From contig OX597825.1 in the NCBI GenBank assembly GCA_951406725.2, positions 74,896,001 to 74,960,000 of the forward strand: a stretch of DNA of 64,000 nt, written 5' to 3'. A program made the translations under genes and the position numbers. Under the pieces are notes generated by a model. The model was not told the DNA's origin. It was given only the letters and a program-made list of their open reading frames with translations, and ran no database searches. Shown here in pieces: positions 26,371 through 39,312 of this stretch; position 1 is the stretch's first letter, and the number at the start of each line of letters is the position of its first letter. This DNA is from Octopus vulgaris (taxonomy: Eukaryota).

Positions 26371-27571
26371 TTTTGATGTTACCTTAGAGCAGGAGTAAGT
26401 TACTGGGAAGATAAGTCACATTCATAAACAACCTATTTCTCTCTGGCGTTCTAAGACCTGGCAGCTACAGTTAGACTAAAGCTAACTTCAGGAGACTAAC
26501 ATCCTGTAGAATATAAGTGAGCTTCCAACAATTAAATCTGGATGTTACACAATCTCATTTTCCTTATTCTTTCAAGATTTGTGTCTATGTAAGAAGTCAA
26601 ATTTAAAATCTGGATATTTCTTCATTTTTTTTTTTTTTTGCTCTTGTAAGCATAAATAAAAAAAAATTACTTTAAAGAAGAACATGTAAAAAAAAAATCA
26701 AAAACGAAAAATGAAATATGTCCGACATTTTTTTTTTTTTAACAGGTTTTAAAATAGAAATCCAAAGATCTGTATTTGACAGGTTTCAAACAGGAAGTCT
26801 TAGAAAATTCCAGAATCTAAATATAGAAGATTTGTGATCAATATAACAGCATAAAAAATTGGAAAAGAGGTGGGGAGGGAGGGGAAAAAAAAAGCTGAAG
26901 CCAACATTTGAAGGAAAATGTAATGATTGCGACTGGTTTGGATTGATATATGATACCAGTAACATTACTGAATAGCATGTCAGTAAGTCAATAAAGTGAA
27001 AGTCTTTATGCAGTCACTTGACCGGCTAGAAATAGCAGCCAAATCTCTCTGAGTGTGCGAGGCTGAGGACCTTACTTCCCAACCATGTGGTTTCAGGTTC
27101 AGCCCCATTGTGCTGTACCTTGGGCAAGTGTCTTCTGCTATACCTCTAGGGCAACCACAGCCTTGTGAGTGGACTGGTAGACTGAAACTAAAAGAAGCCT
27201 GTCATATATAGCTATGTCATCATCATCATCATCATTTAATGTTCATTTTCCATGCAGGCATGAGATGGGCAATTTCATGGGATCCAATGAGCTACAAGGC
27301 TGTATCAAGCCCCAATGTCAGCTTTGGCATGGTTTCTACAACTGGATACCTTTCCTAAAACCAACCACTTTACAATGTATACTGGATGCTTTTTTTTCTT
27401 AAGCTACTGGCACTAGTGTGATCACCAAATTAGGAAAAAAAAACAAGAAAAGGGAAAAAGAAAAGCCCCTCAAATAAGTGTGGGAGGAAGGACATTTGAG
27501 AGTGGGAGTGGCTTTATGCCAGGTGTTAAAAGGATAAGGAGTATGTGTGTTTGACTTCCTCGTCAGTTGAG

Positions 27572-27975
27572 TTACTCTTTTACTCTTTAACTTGTTTCAG
27601 TCATTTGACTGTAGCCATGCTGGAGCACCGCCTTTAGTCGAGCAAATCGACCCCAGGACTTATTCTTTGTAAGCCTAGTACTTATTCTATTGGTCTCTTT
27701 TGCTGAACCGCTAAGTTACAGGGACGTAAACACACCAGCATCAGTTGTCATGCAGTGTTGGAGGGGACAAACAGAGACATACAAACGCAGACACACACAC
27801 ATTCATATATATACGACGGGCTTCTTTCAGTTTCCGTCTACCAAATCCACTCACAAGGCTTTGGTCAGACCGAGGCTATAGGAGAAAACACTTGCCAAGG
27901 TGCCACACAGTGGGACTGAACCCAGAACCATGCGGTTCGTAAGCAAGCTACTTACCACACAGCCACTCCTACACC
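27572..27975 (-). mobile_element. SINE family A, full copy
   Basis: Full reverse-complement match to 35433-35829. Confidence 0.88.
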
Positions 27976-27984
27976 TATTGTTAA

Positions 27985-28150
27985 TACTCACTTTGATTTT
28001 ACCTGGGTGAGAAGAGTCAGTGTTCACTTTGAATTAATTCTGGTGAGTAGAATAACGTATTCAATTTGATTTATTTTACATAGGTAAATGTAGTAAGTAT
28101 TCACTTTGATTTTCTTCCTAGTGAGTTGAGTAATTACTCATTGCTTTTGT
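27985..28150. repeat. ~38-bp minisatellite, about 4 copies
   Basis: Units TACTCACTTTGATTT...GGTGAG. Confidence 0.6.
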
Positions 28151-28844
28151 GTAAGGTAAACACACAGTTTGAAAATACTCTACTAAGTACACTTAAGGAG
28201 TTCAATGATCTTCCTGTTTGTTTATTATATTTCATTCGACAGAGTGTTGCTTCTGTTGATTTTGTTTGTTTGCATTGTTATATTTACTTATTTTATTTTC
28301 CTCTGACATCTGTTACAGAAAGAAATTTATTATTCTCACTGATAAATATTTAAAAACTGTTTATTGATTGTTTAGGAATTAAATTCTCTTGTAGTGGTTA
28401 TATATCATTTGCTTGGCATTAAAAACCATAATCGATAAGTTGATTGTCTCTATACTGGGACAAGGAACCACCTTAAAACAGCTGGGGCTTCCTGAGACCC
28501 GGGTGTCAAAAAATTTCCTTTCTAATTCATCATCATGGCCTGTTCATCAATAATCAATGATTAGTGACCATCTAAAACACCAGGGATAATATCAGAAGTG
28601 AACTGCTTTGTCCTTCATTGTTGTGGCCCAGCTGTAAGTATCAAAGTAAAGTTTGTTCATGTTATGTTTAGCAACATCTTTTTATCTTACTTGGGAGTCT
28701 ACCCTGATTTGTTTCTTGTACTGCAAGGCAACTAGGAGCAGAGTATCTGTTTCAACAACTGAAGTTTTCCCCCCAGTCTGTAGACATGCTCAAGCCAGTG
28801 GAAGCTTTGTGGCATCAATATCTTTTCCATTCTAGATAGCTTGT

Positions 28845-29330
28845 AAGGTGGTGGCTTGTATGCCTCAATGACCCTGAGAGTTATGCCAGTGGAAGCACAA
28901 GCTCCTAGTAGTGTTTCTTATGCTGGACAGGTCAAAGGGCAGAGGTCAGACTAATATAGATCACCTCTTCCTAGAGGTAAAAATGGGTTTGTGGATGGCC
29001 AGCAACCATATCTAGAAAAAGTCACAGAAGCATCGATGACAATTCAAATCTGGAAGAGGAAGGCCATTACTCAGGGAAATATATAATACAGTGCAGATAA
29101 AATCCAAAAGGAAACCAATATCCTGCATTACGTGTCAAGCCCTGACCCAGAACATACCAGGAGGCAGAAAAGAGGATGCCCCCAAAACAGCTGGAGGCAA
29201 GATAATGAAGTTGAGCTGAAAAAACAGGGATCCATCTGGGGAGAAGCAGAAAAGGTTGCCCTGAATCAACAGCAAAGGAGGAAAAAAGCTGTCAATGGCC
29301 TATTCTCAATAGGGAGTGAAGGGTTTAATA
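28845..29330 (+). mobile_element. Internally deleted RTE-derived non-autonomous retroelement
   Basis: RTE-like 5' UTR fused to C-terminal coding RQKRGCPQNSWRQDNEVELKKQGSIWGEAEKVA, matching the RTE GKRKRGRP..TWRR motif. Confidence 0.65.
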
Positions 29331-29609
29331 GGGTTCCTGAGCCTCATTTTACATTTTATCCCAGGATCCCAATATGATATCTTAATTACTTTTGACATGA
29401 GCATGAGCAGGGTAATATTTTTACACTGTACCATATATCATCATCATCATCGTTTAACGTCCGCTTTCCATGCTAGCATGGGTTGGACGGTTCAACTGGG
29501 GTCTGGCAAGCCCGAAGGCTGCACCAGGCCAGTCAGATCTGGCAGTGTTTCTACAGCTGGATGCCCTTCCTAACGCCAACCTATATTTTATATAGTGTAA
29601 AAATATATA

Positions 29610-30000
29610 CACTGTAATCACTTGCATCTGTATCCAGTATAATATCTAACTTTGGATCAAAATGTGTTAATGATAAGTTCAATGTTAAAATATTTTTAAT
29701 TTGCCAAATGTCTTCTAGCACTTATCAGTCCAGCACCGTTTTGTATTTTTATTTAACAAATCATTTAGCGGGGCCCTTGCATTATGTATATTGGGAATGT
29801 AAATTAGATACTAATTTACTAAACCCAAAAATGCTTGTAGCATAGTCACATTGTTTGACGTGGGCATATTTTTATTGCAATTGCTTTGGATGGATCCAAT
29901 TTCCATCCGTTTTTATCTATTGTTTGGCCCAAATATCTAATTTTTTTTCAGAAAAAATCTCGCATTTTTCTTCCATTAACTTGAAGCCACATTCTCTCAT
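29610..30000 (-). mobile_element. Gypsy LTR-retrotransposon pol remnant (RT thumb to RNase H)
   Basis: Minus strand IRYLGQTID...MP..NNVTMLQAFLGLVN...IPNIHNARAPLNDLL...LTHFDPKLDIILDTDASDY. Confidence 0.8.
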
Positions 30001-30695
30001 TTTTTTAAAATTCCTTCTCACCACTGTTGTAATCCTCTGTCGGACTGTTATCATGCCCACTCCAGTATAGTATTTTAGTTAGGTAGACAAGTAAGACCAC
30101 TACTATCTATGACCAAGTACTTCGTACTCTCTCCTATACTGACACCGACTGATAGTATTTATAATGACTTTCACATACCACTCGTCATGTAGATGGGGTG
30201 TACCATTATTACTATTATCCCCATAACAAACACCAAGAGCTGCATGCACTAGTACCCACCATAACTGGAAAAGATGTAGCGAAAGGGACAAATCAAACAG
30301 AATAGTTTGTAAAAGATGTGTAGGCTATTACAGCTAAATGAGGAAAACAATGAGTGTAAAGGAAGCAGATAAAAAAAAAAAAATGTAAATTCGTATTGTG
30401 CTGAATGCACAGGTAATCCTTCCCTTTGCCTTCTTGAGTGCTTCAGCAAGTGACATTAGGAATATTGGTCAATTAAAATTTTTGGGTATTTTCTATTGGA
30501 AGATCTTGAAATCTTTTCAAAAAGAACTATTTTGGTTTCTATGGCAAGTAAAATATTTTTCATTTCCTTCTGTCTCTACTGGAAAATCTACCAATGTTTT
30601 CAAAAAGAACTAGCCATTTTTGTTTCAATGGCAAATAAAATTTACTCAATACTCAAGCATTACATGGTGAAATCAGAAGCAAAATGAAAAAAATT

Positions 30696-31107
30696 ACTCT
30701 TTTACTTGTTTCAGTCATTTTGACTGTGGCCATGCTGGAGCACCACCTTTAGTCGAGCAAATCGACCCCAGGATTTATTCTTTGTAAGCCTAATACTTAT
30801 TCTATCGGTCTCTTTTGCCAAACCGCTAAGTTACGGGGGCGTAAAAACACCAACATCATTTGTCAAACAATGTTGGGGGAACAAACACAGACACACAAAC
30901 ATATACATACGCACATACATACATATATATATATATACATATACGACGGGCTTCTTTCAGTTTCCATCTACCAAATCCACCCACAAGGCTTTGGTAGGCC
31001 CGAGGCTATAGTAGAAGACACTTGTCCAAGGTGTCACACAGTGGGACTGAACCCGGAACCATGTAGTTGGTAAGCTAGCTACTTACCACACAGCCACTCC
31101 TATGCCT
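30696..31107 (-). mobile_element. SINE family A, full copy
   Basis: Matches the other family A copies. Confidence 0.88.
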
Positions 31108-31799
31108 CACTTGAAAAAATCTATAAAAAATTGTTCTCTTAGTGTACCAAAAACACAAATCAAAGCAATTGGAGCATACCTTCTCTCAGAAAGCCCAGAG
31201 GAAAGAAATTAAAACATGACCTGCTGATGGGTTGGGCAGGACTTGCTAACATACCACCATGACCCACCAGCAGGATGCGTGGGAGCCAATGTGTTAAGTA
31301 AGTAAAAAAACCAGTAACAAGCAGTCTTGATGAGGTTACAAGTTGTTTTGATGCAAAAGGTCAAACCATGTACAGGTGGCACTCTCCTTAATTAGCATAA
31401 AGAAAAACAACAAAGGAGAAGCTTTAAAATATAAGAAAACAAATGAGAATATATTTCAGTGAAAAATCATTGGAGCATGTGAAGAATAAATTTTAAAGTG
31501 TTTTTTTTTTTAGTTGAACATGAACAGAAGGGAACAAGAAATGAAAAAAAAAAAACAGATAGACATCAAAAGAAAGCTAAAAAGAACAAGGTGTGACATG
31601 TCATAACAGAAACTGAAAACGACATATATACATAAATACACTGATATAAATCAATAAATAGATAATTTTTTTATTATTATTATTATTCTTTTATTTTCCT
31701 GGTTTCAGTCATTAGACAGTGGTTATGCTGGGACACCACCTTCAAGTGATGTTTGTGGAATATATTGATAATAGTTGTTTGTTATTGTTTTTATTTTAT

Positions 31800-32105
31800 T
31801 GCCACATGCTGTGACACCTTCACAGCAGCAACTTAGTATGTTCAGCTGCCAGCCCAGGCTTTGCTTCTTGTCAGGTTGAGAAGGGAAAACTGTCAAAGTA
31901 TTGGTCACTCTCTGACAGGTTTGCGATTGAGCCTGTGGCAATGGAGACTTCTGGCATTCTCAGCCCCTGGACCACATCTCTGCTCACCACTATCCTGGCT
32001 GAGATGGTTATCTACAAGTGCAAACCCCATATGTTAGAGTGGCCATCCCAGTGCATATCCTTTGCCATCCTCCAGTATAGCAACTTTTCCATTTTGTCTG
32101 CTGGG
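31800..32105 (+). mobile_element. CRE-like non-LTR retrotransposon C-terminal remnant (restriction-like endonuclease)
   Basis: ATCCDTF...AASPGFASCQVEKGKLSKY...FAIEPVAMETSGILSP...QCISFAILQYSNFSILS parallels the D.T..DT / E..K..KY / F.PVAVET.G / QRLS.AIQRGN pattern. Confidence 0.65.
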
Positions 32106-32139
32106 ACCAAGAGGCAAACTAATAAACATTTTTAGATAC

Positions 32140-32552
32140 TCTCTCTTTACTCTTTTACTCTTTTACTTGTTTCAGTCATTTGACTGCAGCCATGCTGGAG
32201 CACCGCCTTTAGTCGAGCAAATCGACCCCGGGACTTATTCTTTGTAAGCCCAGTACTTATTCTATTGGTCTCTTTTGCCGAACTGCTAAGTGACGGGGAC
32301 ATAAACACACCAGCATCGGTTGTCAAGCAATGCTAGGGGGACAAACACAGACACACAAACATATACACACACATACATATATATATATACATATATACGA
32401 CAGGCTTCTTTCAGTTTCCGTCTACCAAATCCACTCACAAGGCATTGGTCGGCCCGGGGCTATTGCAGAAGACACTTGCCCAAGGTGCCACTCAGTGGGA
32501 CTGAACCTGGAACCATGTGGTTGGTAAGCAAGCTACTTACCACACAGCCACC
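32140..32552 (-). mobile_element. SINE family A, full copy
   Basis: Matches the other family A copies. Confidence 0.88.
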
Positions 32553-32961
32553 CTCTTTGTTACTTATTGGTTGTTTATATTTATTTATTTCATTTTATTG
32601 GTGTGACAGAATTATTAGAACATCAGAAAAAAAGGCCTCTTCTGTTATTTAATGACAGCCCTTTACGTACTGAGTTCAAATTCTACTGTGGTCACCTTTG
32701 TCATTCATCCTTCCAAGATCAATAAAAATAAAGTCCCAGTCAAGTACTGGTATCAATTTAATATTTCTATAAAGTATCACTGGTATGAACGAAATCATAA
32801 CAGAATGAGAAAAGAGAAAGTTGACATGGATGTAAAGGGGTTTAATCAGAATATGATGAAGGTAAAAAAAAACAAATGGCATCTACTGCTTATTTGGAGA
32901 CATGGCACAATAAAAGGCTGTTAAGTATAACCAAATACCACAGGTCTTTTGTTCAATAATA

Positions 32962-33260
32962 TTGGGATATACCATAAATAATGCAGTCATTTTATACTTT
33001 TATTTTTCAAACTTAAGATAAACAAAGTTCCTTTTTAATCTAAAATATACTCTCCTTCATTTTCTACAATGCTCTTCCATCTATCTGATAGACTTGCAAG
33101 GTCACTCTTCCAAAATTCACTTGTCTGTGATGAAAAATACTCCTTCTGACTTCATCTACAGAATTCATATTTTTTCCATCCAAATGATTTTGAAGACTGC
33201 GAAGTAAATGATAATCAGAAGGGGCAATGTCCAGTGAATTTGGTAGGTAGAGCATCATTT
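32962..33260 (-). mobile_element. Mariner 3' fragment
   Basis: SLDIAPSDYHLLRSLQNHLDGK; TIR TTGGGATATACCATAAATAATGCAG resembles the left TIR at 18880. Confidence 0.8.
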
Positions 33261-33268
33261 CATATATA

Positions 33269-33332
<64 letters not shown>

Positions 33333-33550
33333 ATCTTCTTTTAGCATATGGCTATCCACCTAGTGGTTTTTAGCCCTAAATATACACATGTATTGAAATT
33401 TTCTCTGATTTTTCTGATTTTTCAGATTTTTTATATGCTAGGTTACTGGTTTTAAATTGATATTAATTAAATTATTTAAATGTTATATATATATATATAT
33501 ATACACACACACTCACACATATATATATACACACACACACATGCACACAC

Positions 33551-33595
<45 letters not shown>

Positions 33596-34051
33596 TATAT
33601 ATCATCATCATCATCATCTTCATTCAACACCCATCCTCCATGCTGGCATGAGTTGGATGGTCTGGCAGGCAGTGACAAGCCAAAGGACTGCATGAAACTC
33701 TACTGTCTGTTTTCCACAGCTGGATGCCCTTCTTAATGCCAACCACTTTACAGAGTGGACAGGGAGCTTTTTACATGGCACCAGTACTAATGTGACCCCT
33801 GCCGCAACTTGGTAACTGATGTTGGTTTGTTTACCTCCCTGTAGTGCAGTGGTCCAGCAAAAAAGACTGATATATAATAAGTGCCAAACTGAAAAAGTAA
33901 GTACTGGAATAAATTTGTTCAACTCATCCCTGCAAGGTGGTGCCCCAGTATGGCTGCAGTCCAATGACTTGGTCGAGTGAAAAATAAAAAATAGCTCTAA
34001 ATTTTGGGAGGAATCCTGCTCTCTGGATCCCAAAAGGCCATCTTGTTTCAC

Positions 34052-34266
34052 TTTTTTCTCTTTTACTTGTTTCAGTCATTTGACTGCGACCATGCTGGAG
34101 CACTGCCTTTAGTCAAGTAAATTGATGCCAGGACTTATTCTTTGTAAGCCTAGTACTTATTCTATCAGCCTCTTTTGCCGAACCGCTAAGTTACGGGGAC
34201 GTAAATACACCAGCATCGGTTGTAAAGCGATGTTGGGTGGGTGGGGGGACAAACACAGACGCACAA

Positions 34267-34303
<37 letters not shown>

Positions 34304-34474
34304 CATATATACGACGAGCTTCTTTCAGTTTCTGTCTACTAAATCCACTCACAGGGCTTTAGTCGGCCTAAGGCTATAGTAGAAGACACTTGCCCAAGGT
34401 GCCACGCAGTGGGACTGAACCCGGAACCATGTGATTGGTAAACAAGCTACTTACCACACAGCCACTCCTGTGCC
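34052..34474 (-). mobile_element. SINE family A, full copy
   Basis: Matches the other family A copies. Confidence 0.88.
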
Positions 34475-34893
34475 TTTGGAGAATTTTTCTCAGAGGCTCT
34501 GCTTCTGCACGTCTTGCATCTCAGCAATGCCCAAGAAGAGCAGAGAAAAGAATGATAAGAAGAAGACGAGAAGGAATAAGATATGAGGGGAAGAAAGCAA
34601 GAGTAAAAGAAGGAAAACATTTGTAACTTTCAATAGGTTCTTAGACCACCATGGAACATGAACAGCTGGGATAAGGGCCACCCTGCCCCTCTCTCTCTCT
34701 CTCTCTCATTCTCTCTCTCCAAACTAGAGGCAATGATTGAAAATTGCAGCTGTGACAAACCGAATAAGCCACTAGCTGCTAGAAATAGTAGCTTAATTCT
34801 CTTCAAACTATATCTTATTGTCACAAGTAAGAAAAAGACACATTATGTAATTTATGTGCAAATACTGAAAAATATGAGATGGCTACAGTTGAA

Positions 34894-35200
34894 ATCATCA
34901 TCATCATCATCATTTAACGTCCGTTTTCCATGCTAGCATGGGCTGGACGATTTTGACTGAGGGCTGGCAAACCAGATGGCTGCACCAGGCTCCAGTCTTG
35001 ATCTGGCAGAGTTTCTACAGCTGGCTGCCCTTCCTAATGCCAACCACTCCAAGAGTGTAGTGGGTGCTTTTTATGTGCCACCTGCACGGGGGGCCAGTCA
35101 GGCGGTACTGGCAATGACCTTGCTCAAATCTTTTTACACATGCCACCGGCACAGGTGCCAGTGAAGCGACGTTGGTAACGATCACGCTTGAATGGTGCTC
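34894..35200 (-). mobile_element. RTE LINE 3' UTR fragment
   Basis: (CAT)n followed by TTAACGTCCGTTTTCCATGCTAGCATGGG; further copies at 20490, 27215, 29436, 33601, 40655, 48530 and 58300. Confidence 0.75.
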
Positions 35201-35432
35201 ATCTTTGATCATAGGTATGCTCAATGACAATTGACCTGGGGCTTAACAATAAATGCATACATGAAGAATAAGATATCAAAACCAGGCTAGAAACTCAGTT
35301 GATAAAGAAGATATTGGGTGGGGAATGGGCGGAAGCCTTTCCCGGCTCTTCTGTCCAAATCTAACATGTTAACTGTGCAAGCTATGAGATTTTCTCATAA
35401 ATGAGCAATAGAATAAAATAAAAATAGATAAA

Positions 35433-35601
35433 CGCAGGAGTGGCTGTGTGGTAAGTAGCTTGGTAATCAACCACATGGTTCCGGGTTCAGTCCCACTGCG
35501 TGACATCTTGGGCAAGTGTCTTCTGCTATAGCCCCGGGTCGACCAATGCCTTGTGAGTGGATTTAGTAGACGGAAACCGAAAGAAGCCTGTCGTATATAT
35601 G

Positions 35602-35634
<33 letters not shown>

Positions 35635-35829
35635 TTGTGTTTGTCCCCCTAGCATTGCTTGACAACCGATGCTGGTGTGTTTACGTCCCCGTCACTTGGC
35701 GATTCGGCAAAAGAGACCGATAGAGTAAGTACTGGGCTAACAAAGAATAAGTCCCAGGGTCGATTTGCTTGACTAAAGACGGTGCTCCAGCATGGCCGCA
35801 GCCAAATGACTGAAACAAGTAAAGAGAGT
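35433..35829 (+). mobile_element. SINE family A, full copy (reference orientation)
   Basis: tRNA-like head with A-box TGGCTGTGTGG (35441) and B-box-like GGTTCAGTCCC (about 35484), CORE-like CTTGGGCAAGTGTC, internal (TA)n(TG)n, tail AAACAAGTAAAGAGAG. Confidence 0.9.
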
Positions 35830-36151
35830 AATCATTATTATAATCTTTTCTACTATAAGTGCAAGGCCTGAAATTTTGGGGAAGTTGTCAGTTGAATACA
35901 TGGAATCCAGTGCTTGACAGGTACTTATTTCATCAACCCCCGAAAGGATGAAACTTTTTATGGTATTCGCAAGAGAAAGGAAAGGAAATAAAGGAGGATG
36001 AAGATGGGAAGAGGGAGAATGAGATGAAGAGATAAAGTTATAAAGAAGAAGAGAGAGAAAGGGGATGTGAAAGGAAAATCAAGAGAGAAAGAATGGAAAA
36101 GTGAGATGTGAAATATAAAGAAAAAGGGTGAATAAAGAGAGATATGTTGCA

Positions 36152-36186
<35 letters not shown>

Positions 36187-36436
36187 AGAAATTAATGGTG
36201 TGAAATAGAAGCTGAGAAGGGAGAAGGGTAAGATAGATGTGAAAGTGTAAAGAAAGCAAAAGAAAGACAGAGAAAGAGAGAGAAAAATAGATAAAGAAAG
36301 AAAGAAAGAAAGAAAGAAAGAGATAAAGAACGAAGAAAGAGTGAGAGAGAAAGAGAGGAGAGGGTGAGAGGAAAAAATAGGCGAATTATTGAACTTGGGA
36401 AAGCAATAAAAACATGGAAAAGAAAGAGAGAGAGAG

Positions 36437-36468
<32 letters not shown>

Positions 36469-36984
36469 AAAGTGTGGTGTTAATGATATTTTATTTTATT
36501 TTATTTTATTTTATCTAGTTTCAGCTTACGAGCTGTGGCCATGCTGGGGTACCACCATTCTGCTGGGGCACCGCCATTCTGCTGGGGCACAGTCATTCGA
36601 TATGTAGTGGGTGAAATGAAAAAAATATGTGGTAAAGAAAAAAAGAAGTCGGAGCAATAGAGAAAGAGAGAGAGAGAGTGAAAGAAGGAGGATTGAGTAG
36701 GAAAACATAGGTTGTTAGATAGGATAGATAGATACCAAAGATAAATAGAATGATAATATGAAATACAATGATATAATATTACTTATGAGAGATATTCGTT
36801 TTTTATCAGAGTTCTTAATCAAAAGGATGTATAACTGGCCTCAGCCAGACAATGAGAGAAATAAAGAGAGAGGGAGTGAGAGAGAAATTTGAGTAAGACT
36901 TACACACACCCACAAAACTATTATTTATATATTGAATATTTGCTCTGCAAATCTTTATGGATCTACAGTGAGCTCTTTCTAGTT

Positions 36985-37017
36985 TTATGCATGTGTATAT
37001 ATGTGTGTATGTATGTG

Positions 37018-37049
<32 letters not shown>

Positions 37050-37380
37050 TGTATGTATGTGAGTATGTATGTATGTATGTATGTATGTATGCATGCATGC
37101 ATGTATGCATGTATGTATGTATGCATGCATGCATGTATGTATGTACGCATGTATGTATGTATGTATGCATGCATTCATGTATACATGCATGTATGTATGT
37201 ATGTATGTATGTATGTATGTATGTATGTATGTGTGTATGTATGTATGTATGTATGTGTGTGTATATGTATGTGTGTATGTGTATGTATACATATATACAC
37301 GTGTATACACACACACATGCACACATAAATGTGTATATATTCATGTATGTATGTATATATATTGATGCACACACACACAG
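36985..37380. repeat. Compound (ATGT)n/(ATGC)n microsatellite
   Basis: Directly visible; source of several spurious ORFs. Confidence 0.95.
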
Positions 37381-37444
37381 AGAAAAAGAGAGAGGAATGG
37401 AATGGGAAAAAGAGATGGGTGAAAGAAGTAAAGAGACACTGATA

Positions 37445-37483
<39 letters not shown>

Positions 37484-37922
37484 GTAGAGACAAAGGCAGA
37501 CCGAGTCAAGCAATTGAAAAGGTTACTGTAGAATTGATCCAGTTCTGGAAAACTTCTATCAATAAATCCATCAAATGTTAAGTCTTGTTTTGTTCCCTGT
37601 ATTGAACATTACAGGACAAATGTTTTGCTAAATAAACAAATAAATAAATAAATAGATAGATAAAGCGATAAATAATTGTTAGAAGTATCTTGAATATGTG
37701 CCAAACATTATTTATATAATAGCCTTTTTTTTTTTTTTTCATATAGCGATTTTCTGCTTTGCTAATCAACAACAATTGATATAACTGTAAGCTAATCTTT
37801 TAATTCTTTTTTTTATCAGGGATCTCTAATCCTTCCCCATCCCTCATTCATCTCTCTTATTTTTATAAGGTGGAAGCTTTTGGAGACTGTGGCACACATT
37901 CCTTTTTCATTAATATGTATGT

Positions 37923-37963
<41 letters not shown>

Positions 37964-38035
37964 TATATAAAAGAATTTTATAAACTTTTGAGAGAACATG
38001 AGATAAATTTTGTGGGGAATAGTATATCTTCAAGT

Positions 38036-38106
<71 letters not shown>
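38036..38106. repeat. (CA)n microsatellite
   Basis: About 35 perfect CA units; a shorter tract at 37924-37960. Confidence 0.95.
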
Positions 38107-38108
<2 letters not shown>

Positions 38109-38139
38109 TATTGGGTTGAAAACACTTTGGAAAGAAAAA

Positions 38140-38871
38140 GTTGAATACTGTCTGTGAGACTCAAACCCACATCTCATATGAACATAAGTGTCCTACTACT
38201 GGACCAAAACAATACCTTAAATCTATCCAATCTAGAAACTCTATTTTTACCAGTGAGAATTGTATGTTTATACACCCAGCAGTGCAAACCATACCAAAGC
38301 ACACTTTGGAGCATCAAGCAATTCTTGGATCTGTCGGACCTTGACACACCATCCAACACACACATGCATGCATAGAAAGCAAACATTTGGAACCCCTAAC
38401 TTGCTCAGAACATTGACCTCCTGGAATCTGTTCAGAGATGTGCAACCAAATGCATACCCTCCATCAGACACCTACCATACTCTGAGCGCCTTGTTTCCCT
38501 GGGCATGGATTCACTGAAGCTCCGGCGTCTGGCGATGGACTTGGTAAACACCCACAAAGTTATCAACCACCTCACCAACAACACTGAACACCTTTTTGAT
38601 CTCCATGTGTCTAACACACGTGGACATGCCTACAAAGTCAGAAAACAACACAGCTCCCATGACTTTCGGAAACATTTTTTCACGCTCAGAGTTGCTGAAG
38701 CATGGAACAAACTGCCTGCGTCAGTTGTTGACTGCCATGACACTGCATCCTTTAAGGCCCTCATGCTTTCCGAAATCCACCGAAACTACACCTGATTATA
38801 CATACTAGATGAGTTGTAGTGCACCTGAGCACTGTACACAATGTTTATATTATTATTATTTATTATTATTA

Positions 38872-38904
<33 letters not shown>
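38140..38904 (+). mobile_element. CR1-type LINE 3' portion with (ATT)n tail
   Basis: SLKLRRLAMDLV..HK...NTRGHAYKVRKQ...RKHFFTLRVAEAWNKLPASVV...FK; related 3' end at 57660-57945 on minus. Confidence 0.85.
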
Positions 38905-38906
<2 letters not shown>

Positions 38907-39312
38907 AAGATGATGATTTTGATGATGTTCTCAGGTATGGCTGTGGGAAAATTCATCAACTGCAATTCACTGGCAGTAATTGACTAATCAATGACTTACC
39001 AATTAGCAAATCTAACTACAACCAATTGACTAATTACCGTATTCACTGATAGCAAATTATTAATTCATATGATTTCAATAAAATGTTAAAAAAATAAAAA
39101 CAAATAATAAAAAAATTAAGTGCTAATTACTCATGAAATCTAGTTTAAAAACATGAAAAGTTGATAAAACTTTATGAGGTAACCTCTTAAATATATAATG
39201 TTTAAACTTATGACTAATTCACAACAGGCTTGTTTTTTTCTTTCAACAATATTGTTTTATTTTCACCTCTCCAAAGAAGGCTTTTGACCTGTAATATCTT
39301 GTTCAGTTTTAG

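Noticed and set aside
26746-26837. Possible terminal coding exon FKIEIQRSVFDRFQTG...
   Set aside because: Good acceptor but short, unrecognised peptide and no linked upstream exon.
36815-37513. Several 100-170 aa ORFs (HTYI/MYVC repeats)
   Set aside because: Translations of (ATGT)n microsatellite.
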